A stretch of DNA of 64,000 bases from Octopus sinensis. Taxonomy: Eukaryota. The notes under the pieces are model-generated. The model was not told the origin of the DNA. It made no database searches and saw nothing but the letters and a program-made list of their open reading frames with translations. The stretch's first letter is position 1. Each line of letters starts with the position of its first letter. Positions 37,229-50,996 of this stretch are shown one piece after another. The stretch covers positions 36,394,001 to 36,458,000 of the forward strand of contig NC_043012.1 of assembly GCF_006345805.1 (NCBI RefSeq), in the 5' to 3' direction. Made by a program: the position numbers and the translations under genes.

Positions 37229-40200
37229 AAGTGTATTTATATATATGTATATGTGTATATATGTGTGTATGTGTATATATATATGTGTATATATATGTGT
37301 GTATGTGTATATATATGTGTGTATGTGTATATATATATGTGTGTATGTGTATATATGTGTATATATGTATATATGTGTATATATGTATATATGTGTATAT
37401 ATATATATGTATGTGTATATATATATGTATGTGTATATATATGTGTGTATGTGTATATATGTGTGTGTATGTGTATATATGTGTGTATATATGTGTGTGT
37501 ATGTGTATATATGTGTGTGTGTATGTGTATATATGTGTGTGTGTATGTGTATATATATGTGTGTATATATGTGTGTGTATATATATGTGTGTGTGTATAT
37601 ATATGTGTGTGTATATGTGTGTGTATATATATATGTATATATGTGTGTATATATATGTGTGTATATATATGTGTGTATATATATGTGTGTGTATATATGT
37701 GTGTATATATATGTGTGTATATATGTGTGTATATATATGTGTGTATATATGTGTGTATATATATATGTGTGTATATATGTGTGTGTATATATGTGTGTAT
37801 ATATATGTGTGTGTATATATGTGTGTGTATATATATGTGTGTGTATATATATGTGTGTGTATATATATATGTGTGTATATATATATGTGTATATATATGT
37901 GTGTATATATGTATGTGTATATATATATGTGTATATATATATATGTGTGTATATATGTGTGTATATATGTATGTGTATATATATATGTGTATATGTATGT
38001 GTATATATATGTGTATATATATGTGTATATATATGTGTATATATATGTGTGTATATATATATGTGTGTATATATATATGTGTGTATATATATGTGTGTAT
38101 ATATATGTGTGTATATATATGTGTGTATGTATATATATGTGTGTATGTATATATATGTGTGTATATATATGTGTTATGTGATATATTATATGTGTGTATG
38201 TATATTATATGTGTATATATATATATATATGTATATTATATGTGTGTGGTGTATATATTATATATGTATATATATATGTGTGTGTATATATATATATGTG
38301 TGTGTTTAGATTATATATGTGTGTGTGTATATATATATATGTGTGTGGTGTGTATATATATATATATATAGTTGTATATATATATATATATGTATATATA
38401 TATGTGTATATATATATATATGTATATATATGTGTATATATATATATATGTATATATATATGTAGTATATATAATGTGTATATATATATATATGGTATAT
38501 ATATGTGTGTATGTGTATATATATATATGTATATATATGTGTGTATGTATTATATATGTGTATATATATATATATTATATATATATGTGTGTATGTATAT
38601 ATATATTATGTATATATATATGTTGTGTAATGTATATATATTATGGTGTATATATATATATGTATATATATATATTGGGTGTGTATATATATATATATGT
38701 ATATATATATGTGTGTGTGTGTGTATATATGTATATATGTGTATATATATATATATATGTGTGTGTGTATATATGTGTATATGTGTGTGTGTGTATATGT
38801 GTATATGTGTGTGTGTGTATATGTGTATATATGTGTGTGTGTATATATGTGTATATGTGTGTGTGTATATATGTGTATATGTGTGTGTGTATATGTGTAT
38901 ATATGTGTGTGTGTATATATATATGTGTATATGTGTGTGTGTATGTATGTGTGTGTATGTATGTGTGTGTGTATGTATATGTGTGTGTGTGTATATATAT
39001 ATATGTATATGTGTGTGTATATATATGTGTATATGTTTGTGTATATGTGTGTGTATATATATGTGTATATGTGTGTGTATATATATGTGTATATATGTGT
39101 GTGTGTATATATATGTGTATATATGTGTGTGTGTGTATATATGTGTGTATATATATGTGTATATATGTGTTGTGTATATATGTGTATATGTGTGTGTGTA
39201 TATATGTGTATATATGTGTGTGTGTATATATGTGTATATGTGTGTGTGTATATATGTGTATATGTGTGTGTGTATATATGTGTATATGTGTGTGTATATA
39301 TGTGTGTGTATATATGTGTGTATATATATATATGTTGTAATATATATGTGTATATATATATGTATATATGTGGTGTATATATATATGTGAATGTATGTAT
39401 ATGTATATATATATATATGTGAATGTATGTGTATATATATGTGAATGTATGTGTATATATATGTGAATGTATGTGTATATATATATGTGTATGTATGTAT
39501 ATATATATGTGTGTATGTATGTATATATATATGTGTATGTATGTATATATATATGTGTGTATGTATGTATATATATATGTGTGTATGTATGTATATATAT
39601 ATGTGTGTATGTATGTATATATATATGTGTGTATGTATGTATATATATATGTGTGTATGTATGTATATATATGTGTGTATGTATGTATATATATATGTGT
39701 GTATGTATATATATATGTGTGTATGTATATATATATATGTGTGTATGTATGTATATATGTGTGTTTGTGTACGTATATATATATGTGTATGTATGTATAT
39801 ATGTATATGTATATGTGTATGTATGTATGTATCTATATGTATGTATGTATATATATGTATGTATGTATATATATGTATGTATGTATATATATGTATATAT
39901 ATGTGTATGTATGTATATATATATGTGTATGTATGTATATATATGTGTATGTATGTATATATATGTGTATGTATGTATATATGTGTATGTATGTATATAT
40001 ATGTGTATGTATGTATATATATGTGTATGTATGTATATATATGTGTATGTATGTATATATATGTGTATGTATGTATATATATGTGTATGTATGTATATAT
40101 ATGTGTATGTATGTATATATATATGTGTATGTATGTATATATGTGTATGTATGTATATATATGTGTATGTATGTATATATATGTGTATGTATGTATATAT

Positions 40201-40870
40201 ATATATGTGTATGTATGTATATATATATGTGTATGTATGTTATATATATTGTATGTATGTATATATATATATAGATGTGTATGTATGTATAATATATATA
40301 TGTGTATGTATGTATATATATATATGTGTATGTATGTATGTATATATATGTGTATGTATGTATATATATATGTGTGTATGTATATATGTGTGTGTGTATG
40401 TATATATGTGTGTGTGTATGTATATATGTGTGTGTGTATGTATATATGTGTGTGTGTATGTATATATGTGTGTGTGTATGTATATATATGTTTGTATGTA
40501 TATATGTGTGTATGTATATTTATGTGTGTATGTATATATGTATATATGTGTATGTATATATGTATATATATGTGTATGTATATATATATATATATGTGTA
40601 TGTATATATATGTGTGTATGTCTATGTATATATGAATGGATGTATGTATATATGTATGTATGTATATATGTATGTATGTATATATGCATGTATGTGTATA
40701 TGTATGTATGTATGCATGTATGTGTATATGTATGTATGTATGCATGTGTATATGTATGTATGTATGTATGTGTATATGTATGTATATATGCATGTATAAA
40801 TATATATATATATATATGTATATTTGTGTGTGTACGTATATAGATATATGTATGTACGTATATATCTTTA
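36312..40870. repeat. ~4.5-kb compound (TA)/(TG) satellite-like microsatellite
   Basis: Near-continuous alternating T-purine sequence with internal sub-periods, for example the 20-mer ATGTGTATGTATGTATATAT at about 39900-40230. Confidence 0.98.
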
Positions 40871-41364
40871 CAAGTGTGTGCCTATATATTATGTGTGTAG
40901 TGGTGTGCTTGTGCGATAACGGTGCCCTATTTCCGAATCAATGGAACTACCTTTTGGTTAAGTCTCTGGAATCGGTCATGTTACCATTCTGCCGTGAATG
41001 TGTCAGAAGACTGTGATGGAATTAAAGAAGAACGGTAAATTCCAAGATAATAATTATTTATTGTTTCTGTCTCAATCATCGGTTTTTCGGTTTTCGCAAG
41101 AATTATTTGGTCTCTTCTCTTTTAAAGGAAATTCCAAGACGAAGAAGAAAAAAACCCAAAATAATTCTAATTATTTATATCGTATTTCTCACATAAATAT
41201 ATTCTAATTTTTTTCCTTCTCTCCGATCTGACCGTTCTGTTTGTCTGGATGCTACTTTTTAAATTTATTTTTAGATTATGTATACATACAGTTAGTGTGT
41301 GTATATATTACAAATAGGGTACCTACACATGTGCTTGTCTTATATTTAAAAGATTGAGAAAAAT

Positions 41365-41413
<49 letters not shown>

Positions 41414-42226
41414 GTATATATACATACATACATGAATATTCACTATCTTTCAGTTTTGTTTTTCAATGTATGTATCTACACACACACACACATAATAGTG
41501 TAAAAAAAAAGATGTAAAAATTTTTTGTGTATATTCACATGAGTATATAGTTAAAATTCAGTCTTTGTTAGTTTATGTGTGTATATATTTAACCAACTGT
41601 TACGTTATATCTCTCAACAGATAAATATTCAACACCCACGCTGACTACTTTCTCTAGATGAATGCACATATATATATATACACACTCACTTATCAACACA
41701 CACACACACACGAGATCGTATTGAAAACTATTTACAGTGATTTTTCTACTAGTTTAATTAAAATTTATACATTTGTTAGTTTTTTACATTTCTGCTAAGT
41801 TCTAGTCTCAGATAATTTACACTGAATGGTAACTTCCACCGTAGGGGATGGTGTGTATGTATGTATATGGCAAAAACATTCCATCTGGTATTCTATACCT
41901 CAGTTTATCTTTGTTTTACATTCTTGTTTGTTTTATTAGTGTTGGTGTTTAAGATCTCTTTTGTGGTAGGGGCCAGAGTTTGTGAGGGGAGTACTATGAC
42001 CGGGCGAGTTTGCTTCTGTAATCAACACACACACACATATACATATACACATACATACACACACACACACATATATATATATATACATATATATATAAGG
42101 TGTGACAGACAGGCAGCATGTGTTGAAGAGAGAAAAGCTGACAGACAACTTGGCTAGATACTACTCGTATATGAAACAAAATATTTGTCTGTCTCTGTGC
42201 CTGGTTTTATTGTTTTAAAACATCGA

Positions 42227-42300
42227 ATGTCTTTCCCCCAAAAAAAGAAGGCACTTGTCGGCCGAATATATTTTGCAAGAGAGAACCTTCTTCGGTTTAG
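42227..42300 (+). CDS. Candidate alternative first coding exon B (MSFPQKKKALVGRIYFARENLLRF-)
   Basis: Open 74-nt frame from ATG to a good donor TTTAG|GTGAGG, phase 2, within a second CpG-retaining unique island. Confidence 0.35.
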
Positions 42301-43134
42301 GTGAGGTCTGCAAAAACCTTGACATCTCTGGTATGTCCTGCCAAAACCGACACATACTCATAGTTGCAAGCATTTTTATCTTAATTCCATCCTCTAAATA
42401 TAGACATACCGGACGTTTCCGACACGTATTGTCAATCCCTTTCGTTTATACTTTAAATTTCGATGTTGTTTATCGACCACTCGAAGTTCTACCAAGAGCT
42501 TCACGTATCCTGCTAACCTCTGCGATAAGCAGTGACGCCATGTGCGCACACGGTCCTATTTATCGATGTTCTTCACTTCAGGTAACATTCAAACTCTTTG
42601 TGACGGGGAAATTAGACACACAATCCTTTTTAAATCTTCGAAACCCGTCCCTTATCTTTCTCTTTAAGGTCATATATATTGATTCACAGCAAAATGGTAA
42701 TATTTTAGCTTTTTCACGTTAACAGTCGTATGAAATCATGGCTTTTTATATGTATCTACTGTACATTATTGTCGTTTTTTCCCCCTATACCCTATACTAT
42801 ATTTAATGAGAAGAAATATTGTCTGCAGGACGTTGTGTTTGTCCCTCCACGGTGTCCCATGTCTGTCTAACTGTTGATCTAAAGACATTCTTCACTTTGC
42901 AGTTAAAAGTGTGATAGAGCGAAGAGAGGCAGCTGTATGTGTGCAGCTATTACAGCGAGCTGTGTAGGAGGTTTAGCTGTTGTAATAATGGTAATAAATG
43001 GCTAGCAAGGAATATCCAAGATGGGGGATGTTACAGACTGTTTCGTGTGGGTGGCTGGCAGGGGTACGTAGTGGGAACGGACGTGCAACTGATATGGTTG
43101 TAGTTAGAGAAAACAAAAGCGATACGTCACTGTC

Positions 43135-43515
43135 AGGTGTGCCAGTCTATTCAGGGTGTCCTAATTGTATTTTATTGTGAAAGCAGGGTGTCTCGCTAAT
43201 TAACTTGTACTCTACTTTGTATCCAGGATAACCGACTAATTAACTTGTAATTCATTGTGTATCCAGGCTGTCCAGCTAATTCATTTGAATTTCATTGTGT
43301 AACCCAGGGTGTGTGCTTCTAACTTGTACTCTAATATATATCCAAGGTGTCTTATTTTGTATTCTATTATTTTCTGGGTGTCCTATTCTACTTTATTATG
43401 TATACAGGGTGTACTCTAGTGTGTATCAAGGGTTTCCTATTAACTTGTACTTAAATGTGTCTCCAGATGTGTCCTAACTTGTACTCTATTCAAGATGTCC
43501 TATTAATTGTACTCT
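43135..43515. repeat. Degenerate 30-40-bp minisatellite
   Basis: Recurrent TATCCAGGGTGTCC..TAACTTGTACTCTA, about 12 units. Confidence 0.8.
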
Positions 43516-44221
43516 TTTTATGTCTCACCATTTATTTTAAACATCGAACACATCAGTTTTTATGAAACCTCATTAAAGTTTATATTTCTAACATTCAACA
43601 TCCCCCGTTTTATCCTCTAATGTACACTCTCTACCTCAGCAATGTATACCCTGCTAAAGATCATACACCATGTTTCATTAAACCCATTGTATACCACCAT
43701 GATCATTCTGTCTTTACAATGAAGTATGCTGTCCTAAATTTAAGACTTCAAAACAACGGGATCCTTACTTTAAAGACACTAGGGAGTTCATAGGTGCTGT
43801 TGCTAAATAGTTCCTTTATTTTGACCAATCTTCAGTTGATTAGGTAGCTGGAATTGTAGAAAACAAGGATTCCTGAAGATTTCCCTACACACACATTCAT
43901 GTTACATAAATGAAGGAATTGTTTAAAGAATTTTGCTTTGCAATTACATGGATTTGGGTTCAATCCCAGTGCATGGCACCTTGGGTAAGTCCTCTGTCTT
44001 GAGCCAACATGATCTTTGTGAGCAAAATTTGTCAGACAAAAGCAGTGTGGAAACTGATCAGTTTAAATGTTCCTGTTCTTGGATGGAGCAGTTAATCTGT
44101 CTCAGTCTAAGACTATATTCTGTTGTGAGCATTCAGGCCTGTCTGAGGATAACTTTGGAGGCCCTTTAAAGGGTCAGGTGTACTGCTGCTTGAGGCATTT
44201 TGCTTTATAGATGTAGTCACT

Positions 44222-44740
44222 ATTTGAATATATTCTGCATAATCATCATCATTTGATGTCTGCCTTTGATGCTAGCTTGAGTTGGATGGTCCGAGGGAAA
44301 CTGACGAGCCAGGGGACTGTGCTGAGCCCCAATGTCCACTTTGGCAACATTTCTGCAACTAGATGCCCTTCCTAACATGAACCACTTTACAGAGTGTTCT
44401 GAGTGCTTTTATGGCACCAACACTAGGGAAGCTCTATAAGTAACTTTCAAGACAAGACCCCTCGACTGAGTGGAGGTGCAGTGTTACTGAGGGAGGTGGT
44501 TTTGTGTCAGGTGTTGAAAAGGTGAAGCCTGATACAGGAACAGGTGTTTTGCAGGGGAGGGAAAGACATGGCTCCCCAAACTGGGAAGGGATCAAGTATG
44601 GTGGTAATGATACGTCAGGGCGCATCAAGTGAGAAGGTGGCGGCTATGAGAGAATAGGAACAGAATATCAGGAAGGGTGGATGGGTAAGTTCAGAAGAGT
44701 GTGAAAGGAGAATGACAGATGGTTAGAGATGGGGGATAGA
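44222..44740 (-). mobile_element. RTE 3' end with long purine/pyrimidine-biased UTR
   Basis: Tail motif plus similarity to 63400-63880 (CTCAGT(C/T)GA..GGTCTT..GTCTTG..AGTTAC). Confidence 0.7.
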
Positions 44741-44821
44741 AGTTAATGCATTCAGTAACAGTTATAGCCATTAATAACTTCTATAACTACCAACACTAAC
44801 TAATGGTAAATTAATATTTAA

Positions 44822-45020
44822 CCATTTACCATTCAGATTATTCTGTCAAATGTAATGCTTATTTGTTCGTATTGGTGTGAATTAATTATGATCATAGCTC
44901 TGAGATTTCAGCGATTGTTTACTTTTAGAATAACATTATAGGGTAGATGTTAGAGGTTGGATCTGACCAGTTTGAACTTAAGATGTGAAGAATATTTTCG
45001 CTGGATTAAATGCTGAATGG
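44822..45020. mobile_element. piggyBac-type MITE family B
   Basis: TTAA-CCATTTACCATT...AATGCTGAATGG-TTAA; homolog at 46791-47453. Confidence 0.75.
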
Positions 45021-45547
45021 TTAAAAGGAATTGTGTTGCTGTATATCTGTGTGATCTTATTTCTGTTGCATTTTATTTTGTCTTGTTTTTTTTTCTCATT
45101 TTGTGAGTAGCCTCTAACTCCCTGACTGACGTGGTCAGTAGAACTGGGCCCTAAACCCTCCCATCATTTACCAGCAAACAGATTCATCCCTCTCTTCTGT
45201 TACTACAAGATCCTCTACTCTGAACTGACTAAACAACCCCCACCACTGGGGCCCACTTCTGGCACCTGTCTCTCCTCTCATCACTCCTCAATGTATCTCA
45301 CCCTCCAAGATCCTGTATAAACACTTTGCTTAACACACATTTCCAGAACAGTACCCCCACCCATTAGTGTAGCGGTGGGGAGGGGAGAAGGAGGTGGTCT
45401 GCTGTAGCTAATACTTATTTTTTGTGGGATTGGGGGGGGGGGGCAAATGACAGGGCCACCCCAATCAGCACACACTCTAGCTACGCCAGTGCCCCATCCC
45501 CACCCATTTCAGCTTTTTTTTTTCATGTTGCAGATATCAATCTGCAC

Positions 45548-45797
45548 CAGAGGTTCCCAACCATTTTTTGCCTATGGCCCCTTTTAATTCTTACTTCACT
45601 GCACACTGGACCCTAATAAACATTTCACATTTAGAACAGTCCCATCATATTTCTATAATTAAATATTATTAGGAATTATATAAAAATTAAAATATTTTGT
45701 ATATTGTAGAAGTACAGCCAATTTATTGCTCATAAATTTGAACTAAATCTTCTATGGACCCTAAAGGGTCATATTGACTCCCAACTGGGAACCACAG
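45548..45797. mobile_element. hAT (Charlie-like) MITE with 8-bp TSD
   Basis: CAGAGGTTCCCAA...TGGGAACCACAG with TSD ATCTGCAC/ATCTACAC; inverted homolog at 59928-60165. Confidence 0.82.
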
Positions 45798-46029
45798 ATC
45801 TACACTGTCTAAACTGAACATTAACCACATCAGTATCCCCAGGCTGGGAGGATAGTCTGTAAAGATCATTGACATTGCCTCCCTCCTCCTCCCCCTTTTC
45901 TAATTTAGCGAAATTATTTATAGTTGGTTATTAATTATTACTCATTAGTACATGATACTTTCTGAGAGTTCAGTCAGGCAAATAATTGGCTGGATTAACA
46001 TCTGTGGTGCCTAATTTTCCAACCTCCTA

Positions 46030-46290
46030 TCTTTTACTTGTTTCAGTCTTTTGACTGCGGCCATGCTGGGGCACTGCCTTGAAGAATTTTAGTTGAACGA
46101 ATCAACCGCAATACTTTTTTTTTGTAAAGCCTCTTACTCATTCTATCAGGCTCTTTGCTGAACTGCTATGGGGGACATAAACACACCAACACCGGTTGTC
46201 AACCAATGACGGGATACAAACATGCACACACACGGTGGGTTTCTTTCAGTTTCTGTCTACCAAATCCACTCACATGGCTTTGGTCAGATT
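46030..46290 (-). mobile_element. SINE S1, 5'-truncated
   Basis: Family match. Confidence 0.8.
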
Positions 46291-46572
46291 TACACTTGGT
46301 GAGGTCCTGTCCTTGGAAATGCCGTGTTGAAAATTACACAATGAGGTATTGCAAAAGTTGAAAACATCATCATCATCAGCATCATCAATTAACGTCCATG
46401 ATCCCTGCTTGCATGGGTTGAACATACATCTCTTAATTTCAGGCCCTAAATCATGGCTTGATCAGCTTATGCCTAAATCAAACGGTACCTCTAACCAACA
46501 GAACCTCTATGTGGTCAATCAACCTTCTAGAAGTAACAGCTGAATCTCCCTCAGATCATTACCAGCCTTTAA

Positions 46573-47453
46573 CCCTTTTGTTACCATATCTCTGTCGAAA
46601 TACACTGCTGTTGTTTCAATTAATTATTAAAATAACGAAGGTTTAGTCTAACAGTATTGTCATTATTTTATGCTGGTGTTTGGAATATAAATTAACATGA
46701 AATTTCGATGGATGGCTTTAATTTAAAAACAGGAAGTTTGTATGATAGAACCGAAGTCAGTCTCAGGTAGTTTGGCATCAGAGGGGTTGGCCCTTTAGCA
46801 TTCAGAATGTCAGGTATGATGCTTAGTTATTCACATTGTTTTGAATTAATCGTGCATGATCTTGTACTTTTGAAATTTTAAGGATGTGATTGTTTTATTT
46901 TTAGAATGTCATTCATCATCATCATCGTTTAGCGTCTGCTTTCCATGCTGGCATGGGTTGGACGGTTCAACTGGGGTCTGGGAAGCCAGAAGGCTGCACC
47001 AGGCCCAGTCTGATCTGGCAATGTTTCTACGGCTGGATGCCCTTCCTAACACCAACCACTCCATGAGTGTAGTGGGTGCTTTTTACGTGCCAGACGATGC
47101 TGGCAAATGGCCACGTTCGGATGGTGCTTTTTACGTCATTGTAGGGTAGATTTAACCCTTTCGCTACCAACCCAGCTGAAACCAGCTCTGGCCCTGAGTA
47201 CAAATGTCTTGTTTTCATAAGTTCTGAATTAAAATCTTCCACCAAACCCTAGTCACAATTTATGTTCCTAGCTTAATGATAACTAAGTTATTTTACTAAA
47301 GTCTTTGTAATATTTAAAATAATTGAAAACAACACAGAGCACCTCAAAATAAATACAGTAACGAAAGGGTTAAGAGGCCAGATCTGGCTGGTTTGAGCTT
47401 AAAACTGGTAGAATATTTGGGTCAGATATGGGGCCAGTTTGAATGCTACAGGG
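46573..47453. mobile_element. Nested piggyBac MITE cluster: A-like (46573-46786) plus B (46791-47453) carrying an RTE tail (46914-47134) and MITE A (47156-47369)
   Basis: TTAA TSDs at 47152-47155 and 47370-47373; GTCATT TSD around the RTE insert; the B halves rejoin to match 44822-45020. Confidence 0.82.
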
Positions 47454-48677
47454 TTAAAAAAAAGAAGAAAAAAACATAGGATAGTGACATGTTAGATGTG
47501 ATGTCTAAAAAAAAATCAGAATGGTCATCTGTTAAATGATGGTTTCAGCTTTTGTGAGACCCCCTTGTGCAATTTTTGCTTTTCCGCAAGAGGCCTCCAA
47601 TTTCAGGGCCTTATCAAATCTAAATCTTATCAGCTTGCTCTAATTGGTGTTGTTTAGCCCCAGGTTAGACCTGAATGTGGAAAGCTCTGACCAAAGGCAT
47701 TTTCAGCATTGACTAGTCTGTCCTTTATGAGTTATATAGGACTACATTATTTTTCTGTGTCCTTCCTTTTGTTTTTGGGTTTTTTTTGTTAAAGAAAAGT
47801 ATGATTTGGCTGCTATTTCTAGCAAGTCAACCCTGCAAGGTTTGCTTCTGTTAATGTGCAATTTGTAATGAGTTGATAAGTGTTTTGGCCCAAATAGACA
47901 GACAACTTGGCACCTGTGGTCAAATAAGACCTCATGATCTGGAAATCCACAGGTTGTCTCCGTATTAACATTGTAGCAGCAGTAGCTCTATAGTAGTAGT
48001 AGTAGTATCAATTGTAGTTGTAAATAATGATTTCTAACCTTGGCACAGGGCCACACATTTACAGAGAAAAGCAGGAATAATATTGAGAGTTCAATAACTA
48101 AACACTCACTCACAAACAACTGTAGATCACAGTATCTTGTTGTTGTTGTGAAGACCTGGTCTTGTCTATAGACAACTACATGGCTATTGTTATTGTTCAT
48201 ACATAACATGATGATGATGGTATAGAAGGCCTGTTGTTGATTGAGAAACAAATTGTTAGCCTCTGTAATCTTATATGCTATGTGGAGACCACAGTATTTA
48301 GAAATGTTGAAATATGTAGAAGTAAGGTTATAGCCGGCCCAGAATGGTAGGACGTGGGGTCTTCCCAGTGCGATAACAATAATAGACAGAGTGCTTGGTG
48401 GGATAGCAACAATAATTATCACAGCATTAGTGGGATAATAATAATTACAAATTTTTTGGTACAAGGCCAGCAATTTTGAGGGTGGAGGCCTAAGTCAATT
48501 AGATTGACCCCAGTGTTCAGCTGGTACTTAATTTATCGACCCTGTAAAGATGAAAGGCAAGGCTGACCTCGGCAGAATTTGAATTCAGGCTGTAAAGATG
48601 GACGAAATGCCACTAAGCAGTTTGCCTGGTGTGATAACAATTCTGCCAGCTCACCACCTTGATAATAATAATAATAA

Positions 48678-49524
48678 TAAGAGCATTCAGAGTGCAAACC
48701 TCTGCCAAGGCAACACCAGTATCCTCTCAATGATTAGCCAGAGATAATTTTTAAAATGAGAATATCTGAAATAAATTCGACTGCACTCGCAAACGAGAAT
48801 ATTAAACATGAACCCGACCACTCTCAAGCATTAAGTAAAAGAACAAGAAAAATAATCCAGAATCCTTGTCCAGTACTGGATCGATCCCAAAATCTAATCA
48901 GTTAGTGCTAGTCACGAGGCCAAGCATCCCTGAAAGTTTCATCCAAATCCATCCAGCGGTTCATGAGATATCTTGTACACAGACAGACAACAAATACAAC
49001 TGAAAAAAACAATACCTCTGCCCTCGCTAGGGTGGAGGTAATACTAGTTGAAGCACTAATAAGGTAACTATAATAATAGTATTAGTGGAATAATATAATA
49101 ATAATAATAAGAGCATTCAGAGTGCAAACCTCTGCCAAGGCAACACCAGTATCCTCTCAATGATTAGCCAGAGATAATTTTTAAAATGAGAATATCTGAA
49201 ATAAATTCGACTGCACTCGCAAACGAGAATATTAAACATGAACCCGACCACTCTCAAGCATTAAGTAAAAGAACAAGAAAAATAATCCAGAATCCTTGTC
49301 CAGTACTGGATCGATCCCAAAATCTAATCAGTTAGTGCTAGTCACGAGGCCAAGCATCCCTGAAAGTTTCATCCAAATCCATCCAGCGGTTCATGAGATA
49401 TCTTGTACACAGACAGACAACAAATACAACTGAAAAAAACAATACCTCTGCCCTCGCTAGGGTGGAGGTAATACTAGTTGAAGCACTAATAAGGTAACTA
49501 TAATAATAGTATTAGTGGAATAAT
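48678..49524 (-). mobile_element. Two HINE/DINE-1-like elements in an apparently exact 430-bp tandem duplication
   Basis: Units start at 48681 and 49111 (GAGCATTCAGAGTGC); homologous to 12283-12646. Confidence 0.85.
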
Positions 49525-49539
49525 AATAATAATAATAAT

Positions 49540-50915
49540 GGTGTCATATTTTGGCACAAGGCTAGCAAGTTTAGGAGACAGGTAAGTTGATTATATTGAC
49601 CCCTGTGTTCTATGGTTAATTATTTTATCTGCTTCTCCACCCAAAAAGATGATTGCCAAAGATGACTTTGGTGGAATTTGAACTCAGAATGTAAAGAGAC
49701 AGAAATGCCACTAAATATCTTGTATAGGTTGCTAACTCTGCCAGCTCACTGCCTTAATAATCATAATAATAATAATTATTATAATTCTATAGGTATGAGG
49801 CCTGAAATTGCTTAGGGTAGGGGGCTAGTTGATTGCAATGACCCCAGTGCTAAACTGGTATTTATTTCATCAACCATGAAAGAACAAGTCAACCTTGGCA
49901 GAATTTACACTCAGAAAGTAAAGGCAGACAGAATGCTAATGATTCCATCAGCTTGCCACCTTAACAACAATAACAATAATAATAATAATCCTTTCTACTA
50001 TAGGCGCAAGGCTTGAAATTTTGGGGGAGGGGCCAGTCAATTAGATCAACACCAGTACGCAACTGGTACTTATTTTATCAACCCCGAAAGCTTGAAAGGC
50101 AAAGTCGACCTCGGCGGATTTGAAGTTAGGACACTAGTGGGATAACAATAATAGAACATTGGTGGGATAATAATAATTTTTGGAGCTCTAATGGAATAAT
50201 AATAATAATATATTTCTTTACTGCCCACAAGGGGCTAAACATAGAGGGGACAAACAAGGACAGACAAAGGGATTAAGTCGATTGCATCGACCTCAGTGTG
50301 AAACTGGTACTTTATTTATCGACCCCGAAAGGATGAAAGGCAAAGTCAACCTCGGCGGAATTTGAACTCAGAATGTAGCGGCAGATGAAATACTGTTAAG
50401 CATTTCGCCCGGCGTGCTAACGACTCTGTCAGCTCACCGCCTTAAATAATAATAAATGGAATAATAATAGTTGGAGCTCTAGTGGGACGACTACAATTAC
50501 TGTAGTCAGAGCACTAACGAGTAACAATAGAAGAGGACATAGTGGGATGATGATAATAATAATAATGGTTGGAGCGCTAAGTAGAAGAACGGTAATGACT
50601 GTTAATGGGATAAGAGTGTCAGAGCTTGAAGTGGGTCAATAATGTTGTTAGCCAAGCAAGGGCAGTGAACTGACAGAATCAGTAACACATTGGGCGAAAT
50701 GCTTCTTGGTATTTCATCAATCAACCAGTCGTTGAAGAGATCGCAAATGGTAATGAAAGGACTGCATTCAAATTCTGCCCGAGGTCAGCTATGCCTTTCA
50801 TCCTTTTCAGGGTCAATAAAGTAGGTACCAGTCGAACTCTGGGGGTCGATGTAATCAACGTTGCCCCCCCCCCACCGCCGCCTGAAATTGCAGGCCTTGT
50901 GCCAAAATTTGAAAT
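49540..50915. mobile_element. S2 SINE stack (four minus copies at 49540-50445, one plus copy at 50660-50915)
   Basis: Family motifs separated by (TAA)n. Confidence 0.8.
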
Positions 50916-50996
50916 TAATATTATTACCCACATGGGATGTCGGTTAATAGTTGGAGTATTAAGCTCAATTCCTTGAAAGTTTCCATTCTGTTGCAG

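Noticed and set aside
36116-41016. Long ORFs (up to 747 aa) rich in C/V/Y/I/M or H/T/Y/I
   Set aside because: Translations of (TA)/(TG) microsatellite. The same applies to the ORFs at 248-934 and 1521-2081.
42255-42722. 155-aa non-repetitive ORF
   Set aside because: TTG start and no recognisable domain. It overlaps a better-supported short exon candidate in another frame and runs through its donor.
45362-45491. Small DNA transposon with CTAGCTACGCCAGTG end
   Set aside because: The left terminus is too degenerate and there is no clear TSD.
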